From the NCBI GenBank assembly GCA_965203525.1, contig OZ241898.1:862164-926163 (forward strand): a stretch of DNA of 64,000 nt, read 5' to 3'. The notes beneath the pieces are model-generated. The model was not told the DNA's origin. It did no database searches and saw nothing but the letters and a program-made list of their open reading frames with translations. This stretch comes from Vicinamibacterales bacterium (GTDB taxonomy: Bacteria; Acidobacteriota; Vicinamibacteria; Vicinamibacterales; UBA8438). Positions 28,373 to 38,717 of the stretch are shown piece by piece. The first letter of the stretch is position 1; each line of letters begins with the position of its first letter. The position numbers were made by a program, and so were the translations under genes.

Positions 28373-30748
28373 ATGCGACCACTTGCCGCCCGGATGCCCG
28401 GAGGTTTCGGTTCGCGGTTCGGAAACGCCGCCCGCCTGGCGCTGGCCGCGCTGGCGGCGGTCGCGGCCGGTTGCGCCGCCGGCGAACCGGAGGGGTCCGC
28501 GTCGCTCGACCGGCTCGCGCGCGGCGCGCTGGCCGTCATCGACGGCGAGCTGACGGTTCCCGGCCTGCGGGAGCCGGTGGAGGTGATCCGCGACGAGTGG
28601 GGCGTGCCGCACGTCTACGCGCGGAACGACGACGACCTGTTCTTCGCGCAGGGCTACGTCATGGCGCAGGACCGGCTGTGGCAGATGGAGATGTGGCGCC
28701 GCTGGCGGGAGGGCCGGCTGGCCGAGATCTTCGGGCCGGAGGCGCTCGACTACGACCGCCGCACCCGCCTGATGAAGTTCCGCGGGCCGTGGGACGAGAC
28801 GGAGTGGACGAGCTACCACCCCGACGCGCAGCGGCTCTTCGGCGCGCACGCCGCCGGCGTGAACGCCTGGGTCGGGCAGAACCGCGGCAACCTGCCGGTG
28901 GAGTTCCAGCTCACCGGCGTCGAGCCGTTGCCGTGGACGGCGGAGACGGCGGTGCTGCGCTGGGCGTCCCTCGGCGTGCCGAGCGTGCGGGGGCACGCCA
29001 TCCACGAGATGCAGCTCGCGCTCGACGTCGCCCGCTACGGGGTGGAGGAGGCGAACCGGCGCTTCGCCCCGGACCCGTGGGACGACCTGGTGGTGCCGGA
29101 CGGGCTCGACGTGGGCCTCGTCACCGAGGAGATCCTCGACGCGATGCGCGCCGGGGACGGCGACCCGTTCGTGGCCGGACGCCTGCCGCCGCTGGAGATC
29201 GTCGAGCCGTACCGCGCGCTGATCGCGGCGCCGCGGCAGCGGGCGCGGCAGGTCTCGCCGGGGCCGCTCGCCATCGAGGGAAGCAACAACTGGGTGCTGA
29301 GCGGCGCCCGCTCGCCGAACGGCGCGCCGATTCTCGCCAACGACCCGCACCGGCGCATCGAGATGCCGGCGCTGCGCTACTTCGTGCACCTGGTGGCGCC
29401 CGGCTGGAACGTGATCGGGGGCGGCGAGCCGCCCTTCCTCGGCGTCGACGCCGGCAGCAACGAGCGCATGGCGTGGGGCTTCACCTTCGCCGGCACCGAC
29501 ATGGTCGACGTCTACGTCGAAGAGCTGCACCCCGTCGAGCCGGACCTCGTCCGCTGGCGGGACGGCTGGGAGCCGTTGCGGATCATCGAGGAGCGGATCC
29601 CGGTCAAGGGCCGGGAGCCGGAGCCGGTGGTGCTGAAGTTCAGCCGGCACGGTCCCGTCTTCTACGAGGACCTCGAGAACCGCGTCGCCTACGCGGTGCG
29701 TTCCGTCGTGCAGGAGCCGGGCACGGCCGCCTACAAGGGCAGCTTCCGGCTCGCCCAGGCGGAGGGCTGCGCCGACTTCTTCGAGCGCGCGATGCACTGG
29801 CTGGTGCCGACCCACAGCCTCGTCTGCGGAGACGCCGACGGCAACGTCGCCCTGCAGGTGACCGGGCTGACCCCGGACCGCGACGGCTGGAACGGGCGGC
29901 TGCCGGTCCCGGGCAACGGCGACTACGAGTGGCGCGGGTTCCGGACCGACCTGCCGCGGGAGTTCAATCCCGAGCGGGGCTACGTTGCGACCGCCAACGA
30001 CAACGTCCATCCCCCCGGCTACGAGGGGCGGCCGGTCTTCTACCACTCGTCGCGCGGCGTCGAAACGTCCCGCATCGCCCGTCTGCGCCAGATCTTCGAC
30101 GCCGGCGCGGTGCTCTCGGTGGACGACCACAAGCGGATCCAGCACGACGCCCGCCTGCTCGCGGCCGAACGGGACGTCCCGGCGTTCCGGGGCTGGACGG
30201 CGGACGACCCCGACGTGGAATGGGCGCGGGGGTTGATTGCCGGGTGGGACGCCACGCTGTCGCGCGGCAGCGCCGCCGGCGCGCTGTACGTGCGCTGGAC
30301 CGCCGCGGTCGACGACGCCGTCCGGGATCCGGGGATCCCGGAGGCGGAGCGCCGGACGCTGATCGAGGAGGGGCTGGCGGCGGCGATCGAACGGCTGACG
30401 GCGGAACTCGGCCCCGACCGGGCCGGGTGGCGGCACGGCCGGGTGCATGCCAGCGAGCTGCCGCACATGCTGGTCCCGGCGTTCGACCTGCCGCCGGTGG
30501 AGCGTCCGGGCGGCTTCGGCGCGGTCAACGCCACCGGCGCCAACTTCCGGCGCATCATCGACCTCGCGGACCCGGACCGCTCCGTCGCCAGCAACGCGCC
30601 GGGACAGTCGGCCCAGCCCGGCAGCCCGTACTACGGCAACCTGGCGGAGAACCTGGGCAACGGCGAGTACTTTCCGCTGCTTTATACGCGCGCCGCGGTG
30701 GAGGAGCGGGCGGCGCACCGGCTGACGTTGCGGCCCGCCGGCGACTGA
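28373..30748 (+). CDS. Penicillin acylase family Ntn-hydrolase (possible lipoprotein)
   Basis: RDEWGVPHVYA, QGYVMAQDRLWQME, GSNNW nucleophile site, ANDPH, ATAND, PGQS...SPYY. Lipobox-like VAAGC. Confidence 0.93.
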   Translation: MRPLAARMPGGFGSRFGNAARLALAALAAVAAGCAAGEPEGSASLDRLARGALAVIDGELTVPGLREPVEVIRDEWGVPHVYARNDDDLFFAQGYVMAQDRLWQMEMWRRWREGRLAEIFGPEALDYDRRTRLMKFRGPWDETEWTSYHPDAQRLFGAHAAGVNAWVGQNRGNLPVEFQLTGVEPLPWTAETAVLRWASLGVPSVRGHAIHEMQLALDVARYGVEEANRRFAPDPWDDLVVPDGLDVGLVTEEILDAMRAGDGDPFVAGRLPPLEIVEPYRALIAAPRQRARQVSPGPLAIEGSNNWVLSGARSPNGAPILANDPHRRIEMPALRYFVHLVAPGWNVIGGGEPPFLGVDAGSNERMAWGFTFAGTDMVDVYVEELHPVEPDLVRWRDGWEPLRIIEERIPVKGREPEPVVLKFSRHGPVFYEDLENRVAYAVRSVVQEPGTAAYKGSFRLAQAEGCADFFERAMHWLVPTHSLVCGDADGNVALQVTGLTPDRDGWNGRLPVPGNGDYEWRGFRTDLPREFNPERGYVATANDNVHPPGYEGRPVFYHSSRGVETSRIARLRQIFDAGAVLSVDDHKRIQHDARLLAAERDVPAFRGWTADDPDVEWARGLIAGWDATLSRGSAAGALYVRWTAAVDDAVRDPGIPEAERRTLIEEGLAAAIERLTAELGPDRAGWRHGRVHASELPHMLVPAFDLPPVERPGGFGAVNATGANFRRIIDLADPDRSVASNAPGQSAQPGSPYYGNLAENLGNGEYFPLLYTRAAVEERAAHRLTLRPAGD

Positions 30749-30760
30749 GGGTCCGCGCGC

Positions 30761-30877
30761 CCGGAAACAAAAGTGGCACAGGTGCGCCCGCAAGTGTCGC
30801 TCGTCGACCCGGCGCCGGGCGACAGAGCGAAGGGCACCGGAAACAAAGTGGCATACGTGTGCGCTCCGCAAGTGTCT
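30761..30877. repeat. Two imperfect ~39-bp direct repeats
   Basis: ccggaaacaa(a)agtggcayasgtg(tg)cgcyc(c)gcaagtgtc at 30761 and 30837. Confidence 0.7.
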
Positions 30878-31020
30878 CCCGGCGTTGCGGACCAGCGGTC
30901 GTTGTATGAGCGGCGAAGCCGCATGACTTCCTGTCGAACCGTCGATGCGAAACTCGGCGAATTGCAGTCTGCGCGTCGTGCGAGGCCCGTCCGGGAATCC
31001 GCGAATGATATGATCGTCGC

Positions 31021-31341
31021 ATGACCCTGACGATCCCGGAAGTGATCGGGATTCTGGTGCTGTTCCTGACGGCGCTTGGCTTGGCGCTGACCGCGGTCAA
31101 GATCATGCTGTCCCGCGTCGACCGGCTCGACGCGAAGAACGAAAGCCGCGTCGACCGGCTCGACGCGAAGAACGAGCGGGCGCACGCGGCCATCACCGAG
31201 AACATCAAGGCCGTCGATGACCGCGCCGAGCGGCGCGCCGAGGCGCATCGGATTGCGCTGGAAGCGATCGCGCGCGACGTGTCGTTCCTGGCCGGCCGGC
31301 AGGCCGAACGCGACCGGCAGGCCGAACGCGTCAGCGAATGA
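31021..31341 (+). CDS. Small N-terminally anchored coiled-coil protein
   Basis: TM segment VIGILVLFLTALGLALTAV and a duplicated SRVDRLDAKNE. Confidence 0.65.
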   Translation: MTLTIPEVIGILVLFLTALGLALTAVKIMLSRVDRLDAKNESRVDRLDAKNERAHAAITENIKAVDDRAERRAEAHRIALEAIARDVSFLAGRQAERDRQAERVSE

Positions 31342-31380
31342 GCGCGCGCTTCGGACGAACGGAGCGGACGGGAGAGAAGG

Positions 31381-32406
31381 ATGAATCGGATTCAACGAAG
31401 AGTACGCGGCGCGCGGGCGGCGGCGCGCGGGCGGCGGCGCGGCGTTCTCCTGCGCGCCTTCGTCGCCGCCGCGCTCGGCGTCTGCGTCGCGGGCGCGGCG
31501 GCGACCGCCGGCGCCCAGGGCCGGCGCGGCGCCTATTTCGGGATCGAGCTCGGTCTGGCCGTCCCCGCCGGCATCTCGTCGCCGCTGTCGGGCATCAGCC
31601 AGCCGACGCGGTGCGATCGGCTGCTGTACGAGAACCGGGCGCAGGCGCCGGCCGACGCCGGGTGCACCGACGTGCCGCCCCGGACCATCTACACCGCCGA
31701 GTTCCGTCCCGGCGCCGACTTCGCGGGCGCCGTCAGCGCCGGCTACGCCCTCGACGGGGGGCTGCGCATCGAGGTGGAGTACCTGAACCGCACGCAGGGG
31801 GACGACGAATCGCCCCTGCCCGGCACCACCGACGTCACGCAGGTCAAGGCGCGGGAGTGGAGCCAGCCGCCCACCGCGGGCATCTCCGACTTCCGGGCCC
31901 GCCAGGTCCTGGTGAACGGGTACTACGACTTCGTGAGCCGTTCGTCCTGGACGCCCTACGCCGGCGCCGGCGTCGGCTGGGCGCGGACGAACCTGCGGTA
32001 CCGGAACCTCTACGTGCGCAGGACGGTCGACGACGGGTACGTCGACATCTTCCTCGACACGCTCGACGCCGACGCGCGCGCGCACTTCACCAACGTCGGT
32101 CTCGACCCGCGGCGGATCGCCGAGGCGGCCGCCGGCACCGCCAGCTTCACCAACACCGCCGTCGGCCAGACCGTCTTCGGCTTCCAGGTTCTGGGAGGCG
32201 TCGACTACGCGCTCGCGGATCAGGTGTCCCTGGGCGTGAAGGCGCGCTGGGCCCGGTTCGCGGAGCTCGACCACGACGCCGTGTGGGAGCGCATCCGGAG
32301 CCACGCGCCGGTCCTCGCCGACGGCGTGACGCCGTACGAAGTCAACGTCAAGCTGGAAGGGATGGGGTACTGGGGCGTGACCGTCGGCCTGAAGTACCAC
32401 TTCTGA
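31381..32406 (+). CDS. Outer-membrane beta-barrel protein (opacity/OmpA-like)
   Basis: Signal peptide, LRIEVEY, NGYYDF, PYAGAGVG, FGFQ..GGVDY, and a C-terminal aromatic beta-signal GLKYHF. Confidence 0.8.
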   Translation: MNRIQRRVRGARAAARGRRRGVLLRAFVAAALGVCVAGAAATAGAQGRRGAYFGIELGLAVPAGISSPLSGISQPTRCDRLLYENRAQAPADAGCTDVPPRTIYTAEFRPGADFAGAVSAGYALDGGLRIEVEYLNRTQGDDESPLPGTTDVTQVKAREWSQPPTAGISDFRARQVLVNGYYDFVSRSSWTPYAGAGVGWARTNLRYRNLYVRRTVDDGYVDIFLDTLDADARAHFTNVGLDPRRIAEAAAGTASFTNTAVGQTVFGFQVLGGVDYALADQVSLGVKARWARFAELDHDAVWERIRSHAPVLADGVTPYEVNVKLEGMGYWGVTVGLKYHF

Positions 32407-32425
32407 GGCGCGCGGCGTTCCGTCG

Positions 32426-33943
32426 ATGATCGACACCCCCGGAGCCGGGCCCGAGGCGGACGAGAACGGCCGGGCGCGGTTCGACGCGTTGCGGCGCCGG
32501 GTCGGGCTGCTGCTCGGCCCCGGCCTGTTTCTGCTCCTGCTGCTGCTGCCGCTCGAAGGCCTGACCCCCGAGGGCCGGCGGCTGGCCGCGGTCATGGCCT
32601 TGGTCATCGTGTTCTGGGTCACCGAGGCCCTGCCGCTGGAGGTGACCGCGCTGCTCGGCCCGGTGCTCGCCATCATGCTCCGCGTCGGGCCGGCCCGCGA
32701 GGTGCTGGCGCCGTTCGCGAATCCGCTGATCTTCCTCTTCCTCGGCAGCTTCATCCTGGCGCGGGCGCTCTTCGTGCACCGGGTCAACGAGCGCATCGCC
32801 TACGGCGTCCTGTCGCTGCGCATGGTCGGCGCCCGTCCGACCCGCATCCTGCTCGCCTACGGCGCGCTCGCGGCCTTCCTGTCGGCCTGGATGAGCGACA
32901 CCGCGACGACCGCGATGCTGGTGCCGATCGGCGTGTCGCTGGTCGTCTTCATGGAGTCCGAGGGCGGGCTTCCGAAGCGCTACGGGACCGCGCTCATGCT
33001 GATGACCGCCTACGGTTCGGTGATCGGCGGGATGGCCACGCCGGTCGGCACGCCCCCGAACGTCATCGCGATGGGCATGCTCGGCGAGCAGCTCGGCGTC
33101 CGCATCTCGTTCGTCGAGTGGATGCTGGTCGGGGCGCCGGCCACGGCCGTCTTCCTGGTCATCGCCTTCCTCTTCCTGAACCGGGTGGGGCGGACCGGCG
33201 TCGCGGAGATCCCCGGGGCGGACCGGATCATCGCCGCGCGGCGGCGCGCGCTCGGCCCCTGGAGGCCGGGCGAACGGAATGCGGTCCTCGCGTTCGGGGT
33301 CACCGTGTCGCTCTGGATCGGCCCCGGCCTGCTGCCGCTCTTCCTCGGCCGCGACCACCCGTTCGCGCTCGCGGTTCTGGCGAGCGTGCCGGAGGCGGTG
33401 GCCGCCATGACCGGGGCGATCCTGCTCTTCCTGCTGCCGATCAGCCGCACCAAGCGCTCGACCATCACCTGGAAGCAGGCGGCGCAGATCGACTGGGGCA
33501 CCATCCTGCTGTTCGGCGGGGGGCTCTCGCTCGGGGCGCTGTCGGGCGCCACCGGGCTGGCGCGGGTGGTCGGCGAGGGGATCACCGGCCTCGTGCCGTC
33601 CGACGGCGTGGTGCCGATCACCTTCGCCGCCACGCTCTTCACCGTGGTGCTCTCCAACGCCATGTCGAACACCGCCGCCGCCAACATCGCGCTGCCGATC
33701 GTCATCTCCATCGCGTCGGCGGCCGGCGTGAATCCGGTGACCCCCGCCTTCGCCGCCGCCCTCGGCGCGTCGATCTCGGTGGTGCTGCCGGTTTCGACGC
33801 CGCCGAACGCCCTCGTCTACGCGACCGGCCGCATTCCGATCACGCGGATGGCGCGCTACGGCCTCCTGATGGCGGTCCTCGCCCTCGCGCTGGTGCCGGT
33901 CGTGACGCTGGCGATGACGAGCGTCGCGGGCCTCGGGCACTGA
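32426..33943 (+). CDS. DASS/SLC13 family Na+-coupled anion symporter
   Basis: FWVTEALP, WMSDTAT, TPVGTPPN, IDWGTILLFGGGLSL, MSNTA, LPVSTPPNA. Confidence 0.92.
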   Translation: MIDTPGAGPEADENGRARFDALRRRVGLLLGPGLFLLLLLLPLEGLTPEGRRLAAVMALVIVFWVTEALPLEVTALLGPVLAIMLRVGPAREVLAPFANPLIFLFLGSFILARALFVHRVNERIAYGVLSLRMVGARPTRILLAYGALAAFLSAWMSDTATTAMLVPIGVSLVVFMESEGGLPKRYGTALMLMTAYGSVIGGMATPVGTPPNVIAMGMLGEQLGVRISFVEWMLVGAPATAVFLVIAFLFLNRVGRTGVAEIPGADRIIAARRRALGPWRPGERNAVLAFGVTVSLWIGPGLLPLFLGRDHPFALAVLASVPEAVAAMTGAILLFLLPISRTKRSTITWKQAAQIDWGTILLFGGGLSLGALSGATGLARVVGEGITGLVPSDGVVPITFAATLFTVVLSNAMSNTAAANIALPIVISIASAAGVNPVTPAFAAALGASISVVLPVSTPPNALVYATGRIPITRMARYGLLMAVLALALVPVVTLAMTSVAGLGH

Positions 33944-34113
33944 GGCGCGCCGCGGCCGGCCGCCGGCGGGGCGGGCCGACGCGGGCGGACGGGGGGGTGT
34001 GCGCGATCGGGCACCGAGGCGCGCCGCGGTCGGCCGCCGGCGGGGCGGGTCGATGCGGGCGTGCGCGATCGGGCACTGAGGCGCGCCGCGGTCGGCCGCC
34101 GGCGGGGCGGGTC
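33935..34113. repeat. Three ~45-bp repeats beginning at the DASS stop codon
   Basis: gggcacygaggcgcgccgcggycggccgccggcggggcgggycg at ~33935, ~34009 and ~34071. Confidence 0.8.
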
Positions 34114-34267
34114 GGGTACGATAGGCGCGACGCCGCGGCCGGGAGACTGCCGGGCGCGCCGGGCGCTCTGGCCGACCCGGCCGGGGGAGCTGCCCGGGAT
34201 TTGCCCCCGGGCCGGCCGCCGGCGGGCCGGCTTCGTCCGGTGGCCGGCCGAAGGATGGAGACCCGAC

Positions 34268-34738
34268 ATGGAACTGAAGCGGATCCTGCTGCCGACCGAT
34301 TTCAGCGACACCGCCCGGCACGCGCTCGACTACGCCCGCGAGCTGGCCGGGCGCTTCGGCGCCGAGACGCACCTGCTGTACGTCGTGCCCGACCCGACGC
34401 CGCAGGACTGGGCGGTGGGGGCGGCGGGGCTCGTCGTCTCCGAGCTGCTCGAGACGTGGAAGGCCGACGCCGAGCAGCGCCTGGCGCGGATCTCGCTGGA
34501 CGGCGTCGAGACCGTGCGGGCGACCCGCGTCGGCCACGCGTTCGTCGAGATCCTGCGGTATGCCGCCGACAACGCGATCGACCTGATCGTGATGGGGACG
34601 CATGGCCGCGGTCCGGTCAAGCACCTGCTGCTCGGCAGCGTGGCGGAGAAGGTGGTGCGGAAGGCCCCCTGTCCGGTGCTGACGGTGAGACAGCCGGGAC
34701 ACTCGTTCGTCATGCCGGCGGCGCCGGACGCCGCGTGA
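34268..34738 (+). CDS. Universal stress protein
   Basis: ILLPTDFS, DLIVMGTHGR, LLGSVAEKVVRKAPCPVLTV. Confidence 0.93.
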   Translation: MELKRILLPTDFSDTARHALDYARELAGRFGAETHLLYVVPDPTPQDWAVGAAGLVVSELLETWKADAEQRLARISLDGVETVRATRVGHAFVEILRYAADNAIDLIVMGTHGRGPVKHLLLGSVAEKVVRKAPCPVLTVRQPGHSFVMPAAPDAA

Positions 34739-34961
34739 CGGCCGCCTGCCGGGATCTCGTGGGCGACGGTGGGCTCGTTCGTCATGCCGGCGGCGCCGGA
34801 CGCCGCGTGACGGCCGCCTGCCGGGATCTCGTGGGCGACGGTGGGCTCGTTCGTCATGCCGGCGGCGCCGGACGTTGCGTGACGGCCGCCTGCCGGGATC
34901 TCGTGGGTGACGGTGGGCTCGTTCGTCATGCCGGCGGCGCCGGACGCCGCGTGACGGCCGC
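34702..34961. repeat. 72-bp tandem repeat, ~3.6 copies, containing the Usp 3' end
   Basis: ctcgttcgtcatgccggcggcgccggacg... starts at 34702, 34774, 34846 and 34918. Confidence 0.92.
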
Positions 34962-35003
34962 GGCCGCTCGGCGCGGGTCACGCGCTGCCGGGTGACTCGG
35001 CAC

Positions 35004-38000
35004 ATGGCGGAATCCGCTGACGAGCGGCGTACGGTGCGCGGCGGAGGCGCCGGCCGGCCTGCTCCCGAACCGGGCCGGATCGCCTTCGTCCGCCAGCGCC
35101 GCTACCTCGTCGAGGACGTCGCCGAGCCGGGCGGGGAGGGCGAGGCGACCCTCGTCCGCCTGTCCTGTCTCGACGACGACGCGCAGGGCCGGCCGCTGGC
35201 CGTGCTCTGGGAGCACGAGCTGGACGCCCGGATCCTGGAGGACGACGGCTGGCAGGCCGTCGCCAGGAAGGACTTCGACGAGCCGGCGCTGTTCGCGGCC
35301 TATCTGCGCACGCTGTCGTGGAACTGCGTCACCGCGACCGATCCGAACCTGTTCCAGGCGCCGTTCCGCGCCGGAATCCGCCTCGACGCCTACCAGCTCG
35401 AACCGCTGTGGAAGGCGTTGCGCCTGCCGCGGGTCAACCTGTTCATCGCCGACGACGTCGGCCTCGGCAAGACGATCGAGGCCGGGCTGATCGCCCGGGA
35501 ACTGCTGCTCCGCCGGCGCGTGGACCGGATCGTCGTGGCGTGCCCGCCGTCGATGCTGGAGCAGTGGCGCGACGAGATGGAAGCGCGCTTCGGCCTCGCG
35601 TTCACCATCCTCGACCGCGCGCACGTGACCCGCATGCGGCGCGAGCGGGGCTTCGCCGTGAACCCCTGGACGACGCATTCGCGGTTCCTGGTCTCGCATC
35701 GCCTGCTGATCGACGAGACCTACGCCGCCGGGCTGCGGGACTGGCTGGGAGGGTTCGCCCCGCGCACGTTGCTGATCCTGGACGAAGCGCACCACGCGGC
35801 GCCGTCGAGCGGCGCCCGCTACGCCGTCGACTCGCAGACCACGCGGGCCGTCCGGGACGTTGCGCCGCGTTTCGAGCACCGGCTGTTCCTGTCCGCCACG
35901 CCCCACAACGGCCACTCCAACAGCTTCTCCGCGCTGCTCGAAATCCTGGATCCGCAGCGTTTCTGCCGCGGTGTGAAGGTGCTCAAGGGGCAGCTCGACG
36001 ACGTGATGGTCCGCCGCCTGAAGTCCGACGTTCGGGAGATCGAAGGCGGTTTCCCCAGGCGCACGGTCGAGCAGATCGACGTCGAGGGACTGCCGCCGGA
36101 CGCGCCCGAACTCGTGCTCGCCGAGAAGCTGAGCGCGTACCGCGACGAGCGCGAGAAGCGCCTGGCGCACGCGGTCCGGTCGCGGCAGGCGGCCGGGGCC
36201 CTGGCCGTCGCGGGCCTGCAGAAGCGGCTGCTGTCGTCCATCGAGGCGTTCGCCAGGACGCTCGCGGTGCATCGAAGGGGCATCCTGCGGGCGCTGGAGA
36301 AGCCGCCGCCGGCGAGGGACGTTCCCCGCGCGACGCTGGCCGATCTGGAAGCAATCACCGCCGGAACGGACCGCGACGCAACGGCCTCCGAGGCCGACGA
36401 CGCCGCCGGCCTCGACGGCGATCCGCGACGCGACGAACAGGAGGAGGGTCGGGACGGCCCGGATCCGGAACGCGAGCTGGCGGAGCGCATGGAGACGGCG
36501 ACCCTCGTGTCGAGCGGCGCGGCAAGTTCCGGGGAGCGCGCCGCCCTGCGGCGCGAGCTGCGGCTGGTCGACGAAATGCTCGACGTCGCGGACGCGAACC
36601 GCCACGCCCCGGACCCGCGCGTCGGCAGCATCGTCGACTGGATCGGCGAGCACATGTGCCCGGGGTTGACGTCCGGGGCCGCATCCCCGCGCTGGAACGA
36701 CCGGCGCGTCATCGTCTTCACCGAGTACGAGGACACGCGCCGCTACCTCGAGCGCTGCCTGCGCGAAGCGATCGCCCGCACCGACCGGCCGCAAGAGCGT
36801 ATCGCCGTCTTCTCCGGCGTGACCCCGCGGCCGGCGCGCGAGGAGATCAAGCACGCCTTCAACACCGAGCCGAACGATCATCCGCTCCGGATCCTGATCG
36901 CCACCGACGCGGCGCGCGAGGGATTGAACCTGCAACGCCACTGCGCCGATCTGTTCCACTTCGACCTGCCCTGGAACCCGAGCCGCCTCGACCAGCGCAA
37001 CGGCCGCATCGACCGGAAGCTGCAGCCCGCCGCCGAGGTGTTCTGCCGGTACTTCTACTACCGGCAGCGTCGCGAAGACGACGTGCTGCGGGTGCTGGTG
37101 AGCAAGGCGGACCGCATTCGCGAGGAGCTCGGCAGCGTGGCCGCCGTGCTCGAACGCCGGGTGGCCGACACCCTGGAGCGGGAGGGCCTGCGGCGCGACC
37201 GGCTGGCCGAGCTCGCGGACGGCATCGAACGGATGTCCGCGCACGACGAGCGGAAGACCGTCGAAGAAGAGCTGGAGGAGGCGCGCACCCGGGAGGACCG
37301 TCTGCGGCGGTCCGTCGAGGTGCTGCAAGGCCGCCTGGACCGTTCCCGGCGGCGCATCGGGGTCACGCCGGCGCAGTTCCGGCGGACGCTCTCGGTGAGC
37401 CTCCGGCTGGCCGGCGTCCCGGAGGGCATTCAGGAAGTCGCCGGACGCACGGCCCGCGGCGCGCCGGCGGTACACGACAGACCGATCGCCGGCGACGCCC
37501 TGGGCGGCACGGCCCGCGGCGCGCCGGCGGCGCACGACAGACCGATCGCCGGCGAGGCTTGGGGCGACGGCACGCTACGCGGCGAGTCGCCGCCGCCGCC
37601 GCCGTACGCCGGAGCGCACGGATTCCGCCCCGACGACGAGCCCGGGGACGCGGTGGAGGCGTTCGCCCGCGGCGCGCCGGCCGCCGGGGCGCACGGATTC
37701 CGCCCCGACGACGAGCCGGGGGACGGCGGGTCGCCGCCGCCCGTGCGGTACGAGGGCAGGCGCCGCGGCGCCTTCACCACCGTGGACCGCGACGCGGCGC
37801 CCGGATGGGGCGCTCCGCCCGCCGCCCGCGTCTTCGAGTTCCCGGTCCACCGGAAGCTGGTCCGCGACCCCGGCTGGACCGCGGCGCTCGATACCTTGCG
37901 CGAGCGCCGGCGCCCCGGCGAGAGCGTCGGCCGGTGGCGCCGGCGGGCGAGCGTGAAGCCGGTCACGTTCGAGGACACCGGCCGGCTCGGCGACAAGGCG

Positions 38001-38714
38001 GTGCACCTGCATCTGGAGCATCGCGTCGCCCGGCGCCTGCTCAACCGCTTCACGGCGCAGGGCCTGATCCACCACGATCTGTCCAAGGCGTGCCTGACCG
38101 CGGCGCCGGGACGCGACACGCGGGTGGTGCTGCTGGGCCGGCTCGCGGTCTACGGGCGGCATGCCGCGCGCCTGCACGAGGAAGTGGTGCCGGTCACCGC
38201 CCGCTGGATCGACGCGGCGCGCCGGCCGGGCGGCCTCGTGCCCTACGGCCGCGCCGGCGAGCAGACGACGCTGGCCGCGTTGCAGGCGGCGCTCGACGAC
38301 GCGGACGACCGGCGCATCCCCGGACCGGTGCGGGCGCGTTTCGCGGCTTCCGCCGCGGCCGACGTCCGCGACCTGAAACCGCATCTGGAGCGTCGGGCGC
38401 AGGAGCTGGTCGCCGAGGCCAGGCGCCAGCTCGCCGACCGCGCCGGCGCGGAGAGCCGCAACATGCGCGATCTGCTCGACCGCCAGCGGATGCGCATCGC
38501 GGCGGCGGTCCGGGACAGCGCGCAGCCGGCGTTGGACTTCGACGCCGCGGAGCGCCGCCAGCACGAAGCCGACCGCCGCGCCTGGGACCGGCGCCTGCGG
38601 CAGATCGAGGACGAACTGGAGAGCGAGCCGCGCCGCATCGCCGAGACCTACGCCGTCCGCGCCGTGCGCGTCGACCCGGTCGGCATCGTCTACCTGTGGC
38701 CGGCCACGGTCTGA
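35004..38714 (+). CDS. drmD: DISARM SNF2-like helicase DrmD
   Basis: QAPFRAGI...YQLEPL, LPRVNLFIADDVGLGKT, DEAHH, SATPHNG, TDAAREGLNLQ, QRNGRIDR, and the C-terminus PVGIVYLWP. Adjacent to the MTase. Confidence 0.92.
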   Translation: MAESADERRTVRGGGAGRPAPEPGRIAFVRQRRYLVEDVAEPGGEGEATLVRLSCLDDDAQGRPLAVLWEHELDARILEDDGWQAVARKDFDEPALFAAYLRTLSWNCVTATDPNLFQAPFRAGIRLDAYQLEPLWKALRLPRVNLFIADDVGLGKTIEAGLIARELLLRRRVDRIVVACPPSMLEQWRDEMEARFGLAFTILDRAHVTRMRRERGFAVNPWTTHSRFLVSHRLLIDETYAAGLRDWLGGFAPRTLLILDEAHHAAPSSGARYAVDSQTTRAVRDVAPRFEHRLFLSATPHNGHSNSFSALLEILDPQRFCRGVKVLKGQLDDVMVRRLKSDVREIEGGFPRRTVEQIDVEGLPPDAPELVLAEKLSAYRDEREKRLAHAVRSRQAAGALAVAGLQKRLLSSIEAFARTLAVHRRGILRALEKPPPARDVPRATLADLEAITAGTDRDATASEADDAAGLDGDPRRDEQEEGRDGPDPERELAERMETATLVSSGAASSGERAALRRELRLVDEMLDVADANRHAPDPRVGSIVDWIGEHMCPGLTSGAASPRWNDRRVIVFTEYEDTRRYLERCLREAIARTDRPQERIAVFSGVTPRPAREEIKHAFNTEPNDHPLRILIATDAAREGLNLQRHCADLFHFDLPWNPSRLDQRNGRIDRKLQPAAEVFCRYFYYRQRREDDVLRVLVSKADRIREELGSVAAVLERRVADTLEREGLRRDRLAELADGIERMSAHDERKTVEEELEEARTREDRLRRSVEVLQGRLDRSRRRIGVTPAQFRRTLSVSLRLAGVPEGIQEVAGRTARGAPAVHDRPIAGDALGGTARGAPAAHDRPIAGEAWGDGTLRGESPPPPPYAGAHGFRPDDEPGDAVEAFARGAPAAGAHGFRPDDEPGDGGSPPPVRYEGRRRGAFTTVDRDAAPGWGAPPAARVFEFPVHRKLVRDPGWTAALDTLRERRRPGESVGRWRRRASVKPVTFEDTGRLGDKAVHLHLEHRVARRLLNRFTAQGLIHHDLSKACLTAAPGRDTRVVLLGRLAVYGRHAARLHEEVVPVTARWIDAARRPGGLVPYGRAGEQTTLAALQAALDDADDRRIPGPVRARFAASAAADVRDLKPHLERRAQELVAEARRQLADRAGAESRNMRDLLDRQRMRIAAAVRDSAQPALDFDAAERRQHEADRRAWDRRLRQIEDELESEPRRIAETYAVRAVRVDPVGIVYLWPATV

Positions 38715-38717
38715 GCG

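Noticed and set aside
34702-34961. 72-bp array as CRISPR
   Set aside because: The whole unit is repeated with no unique spacers, and it contains the Usp coding end.
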